NCBI GenBank assembly: GCA_034226945.1
Contig: CP120463.1
Coordinates: 558,001 to 622,000 of the forward strand
Direction of reading: 5' to 3'
Length of the DNA stretch: 64,000 nucleotides
Source of the DNA: Picochlorum sp. SENEW3
Taxonomy: Eukaryota
Below, piece by piece: positions 1 through 11,336 of the stretch (position 1 is its first letter; every line of letters begins with the position of its first letter). Below the pieces are notes generated by a model. It made no database searches and was not told where the DNA came from. It saw nothing but the letters and a program-made list of their open reading frames with translations. Both the position numbers and the translations under genes were made by a program.

Positions 1-288
1 CAATATGTAAATAGCTCTTCGAGAACACCCAACTTTGCCCTCGTCTTTTCTGTCCCTTTGACAATCCTGTCAAAATCTTGCGAAGCCTTTTCCTTGACAA
101 CTCTAGCCATTTTCTGAAGTACATTGGGACTTGAATGGACCTAAAATATATAAAGGATGACATATAAAAGAATAATCATCATTGAAAAGGCCAAGATGAA
201 TTGTAAGACGCACAATGTGGGTTGTTCGACTGCTTCTCCGACAGTGATACAAAGGTCTTCCTGTGGTAGCTGCGGATTTTGACCACAT
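1..288 (-). CDS. cpFtsY: Chloroplast SRP receptor cpFtsY, 5' part (runs off the window); intron 141..213
   Basis: Splicing a GTGCG...TTTTAG intron joins a transit-peptide-like exon to VHSSPNVLQKMARVVKEKASQDFDRIVKGTEKTRAKLGVLEELFTY, which resembles the plant cpFtsY N-terminus (..IKEKAKSDVEKVFSGFSKTRENL..). The ORF track misses this. Confidence 0.75.
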
Positions 289-386
289 TTTGCTTTGAAT
301 ATATCTATAGATGAATAAAATTCAATTTCGACTGTCCTTGCTTGACTCTGGGTAGTGACCAGTGTCCACAGTACATTTCCTTATCC

Positions 387-406
387 AGATGACGGATCCG
401 TCATCT
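387..406. repeat. Perfect 20-bp palindrome AGATGACGGATCCGTCATCT
   Basis: The sequence equals its own reverse complement; it is intergenic, about 100 nt upstream of cpFtsY. Confidence 0.9.
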
Positions 407-602
407 CTTTGGAGGATTGCGGAGACACATGTGCAGATCTAGGGACAAGCTTCTAGAGACAAGTCTCGGATGCGCTGGTATCAGGTCTAGATTGAATTCC
501 ACAGTCTTACATATGCATTGGTTTGTCAAGTCATGACACGAGATGGCAATTATTGTACAAAATAGGGACAGAAACATGTCTCTGTATTGGCATTTTATTG
601 CC

Positions 603-2230
603 TTAGGAATCTGGAATCTGGAATCCTGAAATTTCCTTTATGGCCCTTTTACTCTTATCCATCCAGCAATTGATTGCGTCAATGTCAGATGCAGGCACCG
701 CTGTATCATTGGCAGGGTCCACTTTTCCAAGCACAGACACAACCTTTTCAAAACGTTGATATGGCAGCCGTGCATCAAAATGTCTATACAGCATTTGCAT
801 AAATTCGTCTCTTTTAGTTTCCGACCGATTAAGGGCAGCACAGATGCATTCCTCTGGTGACAATGCACGGATTTTCGCCTGGGAGAATTTGCTCAGATGC
901 TCTTTAACTTTGGTAGATACTGTCATGTTATTCTTCGCCATCAATGTCCCCACGTCCTCGCTAGTCAATAGATGTCCCGTATTTTTTACCTCTTGCACCA
1001 CCAAATCACACATCTCAGTGGTTGCACCTGCTTCCATTGCTTGCCTCGAGGTGAACATTGCCTCACGATGCACCCTTGTGTTGCTTGCAAATCTGCGTAA
1101 ATTTTGCAATACTGATGGATCTAAAGGATGATGTGGAGCCGCCTCATTAAGCCATCGGTGGCGGAGAATATACTGAGTGTCTGGCCTTTTGTCGGGATTC
1201 TTTTGAAGCAATTGCTTTATCAAGCCCTTGGCTGGCTTCGAAATGGATGGCCATGGGGTGGCACTAAAGTCTGGCTCTGAATACAAAATCTTGTCAAATG
1301 TGCTCCCACCATCCCGCTCATCAAAAGGAGGGTACCCAGCAAGCATGACATATAAACATACTCCGAGACTCCATACATCCGCTTTAGGACCATAGTTTCT
1401 GTTCAATACCTCTGGTGCCACGTAATATTCAGACCCAACAACTGATTTGAAGTTTTTCCCAGTTGTGAAAAACTGGGAGAGTCCAAAATCAGCCGCTTTT
1501 ACTTTTGCATTCTTCTCCTTAGAAGAGAATAAAAAGTTTTCAGGCTTAATGTCGCGATGTGCGATGCCCAGTGTATGGCAATGATGAACCAGTTCAACCA
1601 TTTGTCTAAACACCCTGGATATGTAATGCTCAGTCACACTCCCCATATCAATGAATCTATCAAAAATCTGCCCTCCATCGCACAACTCAAGGATCAAATA
1701 TACTGCCTCATTGTCCTCATAGACTTTGCATAGAGCAGCCACGGACGGGTGAGAACTCAGTAACTGCATTCAAATGGACCCAGGAGATGAGCTTTCGTTA
1801 TACACAAATTGCATGCAAGAAAGATATACACAGTGCATACCATGAGAATTTGAACCTCCCGTCGGATGTCTTCAACATCCGCCTTTCGCTTCATTTGACC
1901 CTTTTCAATCTTTTTGCACGCGAATACTTCTCCAGTAGCCCTATTTCTACAACGTGTCACAACACCAAAGGCTCCCTCACCAAGCAACTCTCCAATCTCA
2001 TAATCTTTATGCACATCTCTCATCCCAAATCCCAAAATATTGTTCAACTTGAGCTCTTTCTTCTTTTCTGGTGGATCATCTGCTGCAAGGAAGCCGTTCT
2101 CGGCTGTGCTCACCAGCGGTTCGTGAAGACCTTGGTTCTCGACAACCCTTTCATAGTTCGAGTCGTCGAATGCGTCTTCAAGCGCTCCACAACAACAAAT
2201 AAACCTAATCACTGGATTTTGGACACCCAT
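603..2230 (-). CDS. Calcium-dependent protein kinase (CDPK)-like Ser/Thr kinase; intron 1764..1840
   Basis: GEGAFG, FACKKI, HRDIKPENFL, AADFGLS, YYVAPE motifs; CDPK junction-like LDPSVLQNLRRF; N-terminal MG..CCC acylation signal; intron joins ILM|LLSSHP. Confidence 0.9.
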
Positions 2231-2601
2231 CAGATCGAATGCTGTACCTGAGGGTGTCGTTAGAGTTTTCCGTGGTTACAATCGTTGGACTCGCCCACAT
2301 TCAAGTACGGTTTGCCACCAATACTGCCAGATTTCCCTACAGTGATTTTCGAAAATATAAAAACTATCAATTTAATGGCATATTTGATAACAATTCAACT
2401 CTGGAGACTCAATCGGCCATGTGCATGGCTACAATCCTGCGCAAGCTTCGTACAAGTGCATTGCACTTGGTGCATACGTACAGTATTCATACATCATCAA
2501 CAGACGTGGCTCCTCATCAGATGAGATCTATGAAAGAGTGCATCTTAACCTCGTTACACTATCAATACAAAGCATGAGATGATGTATTCTTTCACCGAAG
2601 G

Positions 2602-4246
2602 CTAGATAACATAATCCATTCCCCCATCTTCTGGGTCATGAGATTTGGAGAGCGATGCACTCTCATCTTCTAAAGACTTTGTCCGCCCAGTACTGGATGC
2701 CTTACTACTACTGTCTTTGGTTGCTTCTTGTATCAATGTAGGAGCAACATGCTGTTTATGCGTTGTGTCACCTCCATTACTCTCTACATGCATTGCTTGA
2801 TGCTGTATGGAGGATTCTTTCTTTCCAGACTTGACAACCTTTTGCAAGAATGGATCGAAAATATCTCCACTACTCGTACCTACCTTTGCAGCAGAGGACT
2901 CTTGTGAAATGCTCCATTGCTCCATATTCAGGGCAGGATTGCCCTGCACTTTTCCAACTACTTTTGCAGGAGACCCAGCTACCATGGCTTTGGGAGGAAC
3001 AGGTTTCAAAACAAGCGATCCTGCAGCTACCTGAGAACCTTTTCCTATATCTATATTGCCTAAAATTGTGGCTGAGGCCCCGATGAGAACATTATCCGAC
3101 ACTTTAGGATGACGGTCCCCATGTTGCTTTCCAGTTCCACCAAGAGTCACATTCTGCAGAATCGACACATTGTTACCAATGACAGCCGTCTCCCCAATGA
3201 CAACACCAGTTCCATGATCAAGTAAGACTCCCTTTCCTATCTGTGCTGCTGGATGGATGTCCACGGCAAAAACCTCAGATGAACGACTCTGCAATGCTTC
3301 AGCCATGACCCTCCTTCCTTGCTTCCAAAGAGCATGTGCAATCCGCTGAACTTGAATCGCATGGAACCCTTTAAAATATAGCAGCGCTTGAGAATAGCTC
3401 CGACATGCTGGATCCTACACACATGATACAATACACTCAATTGGCATCACCTCCCAAGTATGATGGTAACAACAAACATGTAACTGCAAGAAAACAAGAC
3501 GCACCCTCTCCCTCATGGCACACAGATCAGCTTGAGATGCTACTCGAATCTTCTCATCCCGCATGAGCACAACATAAAACAATTCAAACAACTCGGTCGG
3601 CAAGAGAGTCGTATTCGATAGCCTATTTGCCAAAATGAAAGCCAAAGACCTCTCAAAAGAATCGTGAGATAGTATACTTGCATACAGAAAACTGCTCAAC
3701 AATGGCTCATCTTCTGCATCTCTTTCAGCTTCTTTACGAATACTCTTCCACAATGTGTTGCTTTTCACGAAATTTTCTTGACCCTGAAGAGTCGTGTGAT
3801 GTTTCTTGGCATCCTCCCAGAGCTCACAGAAATTCGAAGACTCTACGCTCTCCTGCATATATTGAGGAAACGCGGCTTCCTTCCAAATTCTACTGTCCAT
3901 AGACTCTTCATTTGATTGCGAAGAAGACCCATTCTCGTGCCGAGATTTCTTGCCATGTTTCGTTCCTGCAAATATAACACACATGTGTCAGTTCCGTTGG
4001 CATATAGTCCACCTGTTCCATGACATTTGACATACCATTGTTATGATGATCTCTATTGCGTGAAGAATGCACCACAGTTCTATGTGAGCGTTGTTGGGTA
4101 CCTGTCCAATGCAGAACACTCGTATCAACAAGCGACAACACAGCCATGTGTGGCTTACTGAATACAACCATCTCGTTGAGATTTATATCATTTTTTCTGC
4201 GAGAGAATTGATCATTCATTCGATGGCCCATCATTGATGACCCCAC
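2602..4246 (-). CDS. SAT: Serine O-acetyltransferase (multi-exon; intron 3415..3504; first exon/intron boundary uncertain)
   Basis: EPLLSSFLYASILSH N-terminal domain, ER|DPAC splice junction, VDIHPAAQIGKGVLLDHGTGVVIGETA and DRHPK hexapeptide repeats, and a C-terminal DYVI typical of the OASTL-binding tail. Confidence 0.92.
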
Positions 4247-4407
4247 ACTGTGACAGGGCTCTAGAGATCTCTAGGACATTAGACCAAACTTGTGGGAGAT
4301 TGTCCCTGTACAGGGCACAAGGTGACCCACACACGTGTGAATATGAGGCATTATATCACTGAATTAGTACTTCATGGTTTGCAACGTGCATCCCATGCAC
4401 CTTCAGT

Positions 4408-5312
4408 ATGGATAATGGTGTTCGAAGGACAGTTTCACAAGGACCTGGGTATGTGAACCCAAACCTTCGTTATAGCATCCAAGCACGTCAAAAGGTATTG
4501 TGATATATCGCAAATAGTTTTCATGCTAGAATGAATCAGTAATACGGGTACATGGAACCAGTGTGTCATCGAAACGAGGACAAGTCGTGTCGAGTTTTTT
4601 TGTTGTTGGGATAGTTCATCTTTGATACGCTGTATTTCTATTGCAGAAAGCCCGACAAACAACATATGACTTGAAAAAGAAAGAATGGGATGATTGGGAA
4701 GCTCAAGCAGAGCGTGAGGAGGAAGCCTATCGTGCTACAAGGCAGTTGAGCAGGCTGCAGGCTGCTCCTCCTGGGACTCAACCAGATGGCAGCCGTGCAC
4801 GCCGCGTGGTGAGAAGCGACTATACAGGCAATGATAGACCCGATCATATCAATAGAAATGTTGGACGGAGAGGTCAGGTAGGGTTTCCATCCCGAGTGAG
4901 TAGAAGAGATGCTCCTCCTCCTCCTCCACAACCTGGCACTCGGCCAGGCAGACAAGAGGAAAAAGAAACGCCTTCTTCCTCACAGATGGAGGATACCAAG
5001 AAGAAATTTGTTCAGCAAAGGCTCATGCAGAAGGTTATGGGGTTTTCCAGAGTTGTGGAAGATATTCAAACATCTCAGAAGAGTAGAATGGCTGGGGATG
5101 GGATTGAGAGCAGCAGGCAGAAGAAGAATGCGAGCACGGTCACCAGAAATGTGAGGAGGACTCCTCGCCAAACGATGAGTGAGATTGATAGTAGTCCTAG
5201 TATGAATCTGGATCGACGAAAGAACAAGAAAAGAGGCGAGGCTCCTCCCCTTGCAGAGACGGTGGGATCTGATGCCTGGGCAGAGTCGTCCAGCGATTTG
5301 TTGGATTGGTAA
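4408..5312 (+). CDS. Hypothetical basic, low-complexity protein (probable intron 4495..4647)
   Basis: 223-aa ORF preceded by a TTGCAG acceptor; the upstream ATG exon MDNGVRR...RQK ends at an in-phase GTATTG donor. No recognisable domain. Confidence 0.5.
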
Positions 5313-5396
5313 AATGCTCTGCTATGCATTCCATGCCTGCTAAAAAAATAACATATTTATATGTATACATATATCATGGTAATTTAGTCTGTTGAT

Positions 5397-7368
5397 ATGG
5401 CATCCACGGTGCAAACCGGGGAAGAACTGTTGGACAATGTTGCGAGTTGTTTACAGCGCCGAGGGAGTGCTAGCTGTGCCGTTGGGGACGACTATATTTT
5501 GATTTTTGGAGGAGAAAATGGTGAGAAATGTTTCAGGGATTGTTGGAAGTTTCATGTGTCAGAAAAGCGATTTGAATTTGTTGGGGAAGCACCAGAGACA
5601 TGTTCACCAAGGTCTTTTCATACCGCTACTCTTATCGGAGGGGTTGTCTGGTTGATTGGTGGGGGGAACATGTTTGCAAAGAAGAGACAAGTCGTGGACG
5701 ATGTTTGGTATTTTGATATCATGTCGCAAAGCTGGCATCATGTTGACGTTGAGTGCGTTGATTGTTGTTTCCAAGTCTGGATGTAGCATGCTGGCTGACA
5801 CTCAATTGTGTGACCGCTGTAGGGGTGATGCGGAAGCTTTGTCACGAACAGGGCATGGTGCATGTATGAAACCGAATGAGAGCAACGTTATTGTGATCTT
5901 TGGGGGCTATAGTGTCTCGCCTGGCCGGCAGAGAGGTGGTACCTGGAGAAATGATATTCTTGAATTTGATGCCTGTACAAAGACATGCAAGATCGTCGAT
6001 GCAAGGAATCCTCCAGCTCCAAGGGCACATATGACATTTCATCGGGTTGGTAACTATTGTGTATCGCTGTTTGGTCGATCAGGGGCTAAAACGTTGATAT
6101 CTAAACACAAATGTCTGGCTGTCTACGATCCATCCACTATGACATGGTTAAATGAGACATCTGGGAAAGGAGAAGTGCCATCTGCACGGTATAGTCATGT
6201 ATCGTCGGTGTGGACATCTAATGTGATTGTTTTCGGGGGTGTCTTGGACAAGGCTGATTCTTCGGGAGGGGGTACAGTGTCAGTGTTGCATTTTGATCAG
6301 AAGAAGAATGCCTTCATTTGGCTCAAGGGCGGGTCAAAAAAAAAGGGATTGATTCAGCATAGAGTAGGGCATGTTCAAAGTATTATTGATGATACATTGT
6401 ACATTATGGGTGGTTTTTACCAGCACTCGTATCATGTTGATGTGAACATTCTGAAATTCTTCATTGGAGAGACATCTTTCAACTGTGTGATGTGTGATTC
6501 GGGCATTTCAATTTCAGAATCTGCGATTTCCGAAACTGAGGACCCTATATCATGCAGTAGAAGTATGACAAAGCGGCAGAGACGCACATTAGATGCGTTA
6601 CATGGGGAGCTCAATGGCCTTTCCTCCCTGATACCAGATAAGGCACCAAAAGGATCTGTTGCATACTTGGAGAAGGAGTTGGCAATTTCAGATCTCAAAT
6701 GGAAAGAGGCGAAAGAAGAGTCGCTAAATTGGAAAAAGTTGGCAGAAGAAGAGCGCGAGAAATCAGATAGATTTGCAGAGAAACTTGTTCAGGCGGAACA
6801 CAAGTATTTCACACTGTCAAAATCTCTCTCCATGCTTGCGGAATTTTTCCGCTTAGGAAATCTAGATTCATGCTATGATAGTATCGGAGGGTATATAACT
6901 CAACAAATTGCCGAATATGAGCGCATACAAAAGGAGAGCAGGGGAAAGTTGGCAGTCTTGCATGAGCAAGTACACAAGTATCAAGAGAACCAAGAGCAAC
7001 TAGAAAGCACTCTCGTGCAGTGTAGGAAAGATTCTGAGAATCTGGAGAGTACCTACAAAAGTTTACTGGAGAAATCTGCAAATGATATGAAATTGCTGAT
7101 GTCTCGATATAACCAAGATACAGCAAAGAGCAAAGCAGAATTGAATAACCTCCGCAATCAAATTGAAGTTCTCAATACTGACTTGGACATGAGAGCATCG
7201 TATTGTGCAGATTTGGAGAAAAGCTGTACAGAATTGAGGACCAAATGCACTGATTTAGAATCTGCATTACGAGATATTAAAGAACAAATGTGTGCGAAAG
7301 AGGAAGAGAACGAAAAGTTGCAGAAAAAATTGTCCGTCATCAAACAGGCGATTGGGGAGAATGTTTGA
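5397..7368 (+). CDS. Kelch-repeat protein with C-terminal coiled coil; intron 5753..5822
   Basis: Repeated R..H...I.IFGG Kelch blades (PRSFHTA..LIGG, ARYSH..VFGG, RVGH..MGG) followed by heptad-rich E/K/L sequence. Confidence 0.8.
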
Positions 7369-7404
7369 TTGCAGTCGATTTCGTGAATATGTATTACAGT
7401 ATTG

Positions 7405-9282
7405 CTACAACTCAGATTTGATATTTTTTCTTTTAAGGTCTGCATCAATGTTGCACATTTTTTCCAACAGCCTCTCAGCGCTCATGCTACTGCGCAGGTT
7501 CACCTTTTCTCTCAGGAGAGCATACAAGATTTCGTCAATGTGGCTAGGCTCAAATGCCTGCTCCTCCACCGCGTCTTCCGGGCGGAATGTGGTATGTGAA
7601 CTGTACGGCACCGTAGGTAATCGTTTAATTCCATCTTGGATCCACGATATAGCACGCAGGACCAAGTCGCGTGCAGCGGTCACCTTTTGTGTCTTGAGGG
7701 AATATCCAGTTTCCAGACATGTCTCTGCATTTGCAGCACCGAGGCAATGCAGTGACTCATAAATTTCCTCAGTGAGAGGCGAAAATCCCTTTTCAATTGC
7801 ATTTCTTCTCTCAAAAAGCATATCAAGTGTTTTAGCTAAAACATCCACGCCAATGTGGCACTCTGGATTTCTAGACCCTGCAACTGCGGATTCTGCCTCC
7901 TGTCGATGAGCCTTCATCGCGGCATGCCTCCTCGACAAGATATATAACAAACCGTCTATAAAATACTCCTTCTGCCTATCGAATATACTCTCACCGCACA
8001 CAACTTTAGAACGGGGAACCTTCTCTCCACGATCCACCTTGTATTTTGGCACACAACCCACCACTTTTCTTGCCATGGATGGCAGATAATTTACCTCAAT
8101 TAACCAAGGCTTCATATCCGAGTCTAGCACGAAATCAACCCCCAAGAACTCAAAATTACCTTCTTGGTAGTGCGGTAATCGTCTAACTTCCTTCCGAATC
8201 CCAGGTATAGCTGCAGCCAAAGTCCTCGCCGTGCTCTGTTTTACTGTGGACCAAATCCTATCAAATGCATCATCACCACCCGTCTTTTCCAATAAATACT
8301 GCTTCAATTCGGTCATCGACCAAGGATCCTTTGCCTTGGTCCGATTCTGTAGAAACAGGTTGACGATTAAATCATTCGCTTGCGCCAACGTGTCTCTATC
8401 ATGCTCTGGGAAGAATTCCTTGTCTCCGAATGGGATGATGCTCCCATCAAACACATACCCACGAATGGAATCAAGCCCACCGGAGATAACTGTCCATATC
8501 CTGAACGTAAAGGGAATATTGTCGATCAACATCTGATTTCCGACGAACTTCTGCGCAAGAATATACCCATACGGACTAGACGTCTTTGTTTTCTTCCGCT
8601 TGATCTCTACATATTTTGTCATCAGTTTCCCCATGATATCTTTAAGTTTCACTGGCGTCACACCCTGCCCTCTGTGTTTATTTTCTTTCAATACCCACAC
8701 GGATTCTTCTTCCTCCGCACGAGCATGTTTGACATACTCTTGCAATTTCTTCATCCCATCAGGCAGTGCAAAAGACAAAGGCATCACCCCAACCATCCCT
8801 CCATACCCAGACCAGAGTGTCCTCACAATACCACTCTTCTGCGAAATCACACTCAGCCCAGGTGTCACAGAAATCACCTGAGTATCCCTCAAAGGCATCG
8901 TCTTGAATATCTTCTTCCCTTGCGCTCTATTTGTGAGCAAATAATCCCAAGAGGTGCATCCACCTTTGCATGCCTTGCCCTTATCAGATGCATTTGAGGA
9001 AACTCCTGCAAGTGCATAGGACGCACTATGCTGCTCTATTATATCCTTCATGATATCTGTTTCTCCTTTACGGAACACATACTGCATGGAGCATAGAGAC
9101 ACTCGTGTGATGGTTTTGCCCTGGACCAATACACTCTTGAAAAACCAACCAATTCACACATCAAGCCAACGTACATCTTCCAACCACAGCCGAAACCGGC
9201 CCTCTGCGACCTCAGCAGGCTGTGCTCTTGTGCAAAGGCACCATTGAAGAGCAAGCGTGATCAAAATCCCAATCCCAATCAT
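7405..9282 (-). CDS. Tubulin-tyrosine ligase (TTL/TTLL, ATP-grasp) family protein with N-terminal signal-like peptide; intron 9082..9174
   Basis: WVLKENKHRGQG, AQKFV, FRIW and FEFLGVDFVLDSDMKPWLIEVNYLPS TTL motifs; spliced first exon MIGIGILITLALQWCLCTRA; C-terminal KSEL. Confidence 0.8.
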
Positions 9283-9544
9283 CAGTCCACAGCAGTACTG
9301 GGCCCCACACACAGTACTCTCGTCTCAACCACGTTTGATTCGGATGGGCAGCCTCCTACTCGCCATACTAGTATATTTTTATATGATTGCAATGTATATA
9401 ATCCATGCAAGGGAGAATCCCGCCATAGACGTCATGAACCAGAGCCTTTGTAGAAATAGAGAAGCAGTCGACTGTGGATGGGCTGTCCCGACCGAAGGCG
9501 AGCCTTCGGGACAGACGGCATGTCGAAGCCACGGATGTGGATGA

Positions 9545-9569
9545 CGCCTGGCGTGTGCCAGGCACGTGC
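9545..9569 (+). promoter_or_regulatory. Candidate cis-element CGCCTGGCGTGTG with overlapping inverted repeat and G-box CACGTG
   Basis: GCCTGGC-gtgt-GCCAGGC inverted repeat, CACGTG at 9563-9568, a near-identical 13-mer upstream of FTR1, and a TATA-like TATAAAAA near 9636. Confidence 0.4.
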
Positions 9570-9690
9570 GCTCCACAGTCCAGCAGTCGACCATGTCCAT
9601 TCACCAAATCCTCGCCTACATCTGTTGATCTAGCATATAAAAATATTGTAGTAGTCATTTATCGGTATTTATATCGTAGATAGAAGCATC

Positions 9691-10635
9691 ATGGCATCGA
9701 ATTGGAGGGAGACCACAGTGGTGGTGTGTTGCCTTGTTCTCGCTCAGGTGTACCTCTTTTCTCCACCTGTGGTTGAGGGGCAGTATGCGGCCCAGATCGG
9801 TTGCCTGAATGCGACATGCAAGGCCAAGCTTAGTGCATTGTTAGATCGTTATGAATATGCTGTGGATAGTGTGAATGGGTGTGATGTAGAGTGCCAGTAC
9901 AACTGTTATGAGGTGCTGGAGGAGGCATTGCAGAGCACCTCTGGGACGCACTGTCCACCAGTGGACAATGTGACGGCGTGCTTTGGTCTGTACGGTAATG
10001 AATGGGTAGAATTAGCTGAAGAATGCCCATTATTTAATATTAAAGAGCAGTCTGAGGCAGAAGCAGAAGCAGAGAGCGAAGAAGAGGAGGCTGAAGCTCC
10101 ATCCTCTGAAGAGGCAGAGAGCGAAGAAGAGGAGGCTGAAGCTCCATCTTCTCAGGAAGAGGAGGCTGAAGCAGAGAATGATGATGCAACAGGAACAACA
10201 TCAAGGCGACTCATGGAAGAGGAGGCCGAGGCAGAGAGTGAAGAAGAGGAGGCTGAGGCTCCATCTTCTCAGGAAGAAGAGGCAGAAGCAGAGGCCGAGG
10301 CAACTGGAGAAGAGGCAGAAGCAGAGGCAGAAGCAACCTCAGAGGAGGCAGAAGCAGAGGCAGAGGCAACTGGAGATGAGGCAGAAGCAGAGGCAGAGGG
10401 TGAATGCTCCTCTTCAAGTGGTGGTGAAGGAGAGGGAGAGGGAGAAGGAGAAGCTGACTTTGTTGGAAAGGGTTGTTTCCCAGAGTTTGAGACACTCACT
10501 GACTTCAAGGTATATACAGAAGGTGCATACTATGCAGCCGTCTGGAACAAGCCAACAAACACGGTCGGTGTTATTCTTAGCGTCTTCTTCTGGTTGGGCC
10601 TTGCTGGAATGGGTGTGTATCTTGGTAGAAAATAA
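9691..10635 (+). CDS. Unknown type I membrane/surface protein: signal peptide, Cys-rich domain, Glu/Ala repeats, C-terminal TM helix
   Basis: Hydrophobic N-terminus, a domain with about 8 Cys, EAEAESEEEEAEAPSS repeats, VGVILSVFFWLGLAGMGVYL then GRK-stop; TGTAA downstream. Confidence 0.8.
   Translation: MASNWRETTVVVCCLVLAQVYLFSPPVVEGQYAAQIGCLNATCKAKLSALLDRYEYAVDSVNGCDVECQYNCYEVLEEALQSTSGTHCPPVDNVTACFGLYGNEWVELAEECPLFNIKEQSEAEAEAESEEEEAEAPSSEEAESEEEEAEAPSSQEEEAEAENDDATGTTSRRLMEEEAEAESEEEEAEAPSSQEEEAEAEAEATGEEAEAEAEATSEEAEAEAEATGDEAEAEAEGECSSSSGGEGEGEGEGEADFVGKGCFPEFETLTDFKVYTEGAYYAAVWNKPTNTVGVILSVFFWLGLAGMGVYLGRK
10051..10455 (+). repeat. Coding tandem repeats (GAGGCAGAAGCA / GAAGAGGAGGCTGAAGCTCCATC units)
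   Basis: Directly visible imperfect tandem repeats encoding the acidic stalk. Confidence 0.85.
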
Positions 10636-10693
10636 TTCAGTACTATTACATCATTTGTAACATTTTAAATAGAGCATAAATACCATATTGCTA

Positions 10694-11206
10694 CTACTGC
10701 CCAAACGTATCATCTAGGGCAACAGCAGCGAGCTGTTGGACATCATGACCACACGCAACCTTGACACACGTCACCTCCTCATCATGAGCTGGTACGGATA
10801 CATGCACTGCAGGTCCACGCTTGCACTGTCCAAGGCATGTCGAACTCCTAACATCTACTCGAAGCCCATTGATGCGCATAGCATCTTCCTGAAGAGCCTT
10901 TAGAACGCGTGTTGACCCACGTTTGCAGCAATGCTTTGATGAACACACAGACAAGACCACATCATGCTGGTCTTCCTCCCGTACATACTTTTGAAGCTTC
11001 GCTAAATTCACATCTACATCCGTTTGCCCCCGCACATCACTTTCTATCCGATTATCTATAGCTCTCAAACGCCTACTACTATGACTTCTCTGTGGTTGAG
11101 AATGGAAAACACGTGGCTGGACCATTCGTCCACTCGGACCACATGTTGACACACAAGCCTGGTCCATGGGACCCCTACTCCAACCGACGCGAATACTGCC
11201 GCTCAT
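10694..11206 (-). CDS. Thioredoxin-like [2Fe-2S] ferredoxin family protein, probably plastid-targeted
   Basis: VCSSKHCCKRGS...CLGQCKRGPAV (Cx4C...Cx3C, NuoE/TRX-Fd pattern); Ser/Arg-rich transit-like N-terminus. Confidence 0.75.
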   Translation of the reverse strand: MSGSIRVGWSRGPMDQACVSTCGPSGRMVQPRVFHSQPQRSHSSRRLRAIDNRIESDVRGQTDVDVNLAKLQKYVREEDQHDVVLSVCSSKHCCKRGSTRVLKALQEDAMRINGLRVDVRSSTCLGQCKRGPAVHVSVPAHDEEVTCVKVACGHDVQQLAAVALDDTFGQ

Positions 11207-11306
11207 TTTTGTATCTATGCTAAATAAAAATACTAATTAAAGCTGCCCAGAGCAGAATTCTGCGGATGTCTTCTGTGAAGTGTGTGTCGTTGGTGGAGGA
11301 TGATAT

Positions 11307-11336
11307 GACACGCGCCAGGCGTGTGTCGAGCACACG
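11307..11336. promoter_or_regulatory. Candidate iron-responsive element in the divergent ferredoxin/FTR1 promoter
   Basis: Imperfect palindrome GACACGCGCC-A-GGCGTGTGTC; CACGCG (11309) and CACACG (11331) match the hexamers described as Fe-responsive elements of Chlamydomonas FOX1. Confidence 0.45.

Noticed and set aside
9325..9327. In-frame TGA as selenocysteine
   Set aside because: It is not in a redox motif, lies before a signal peptide, and no SECIS is evident. The MsrA and PDI genes here use Cys.
10051..10455. Tandem repeats as a non-coding array or satellite
   Set aside because: They are in-frame coding repeats of the acidic protein.
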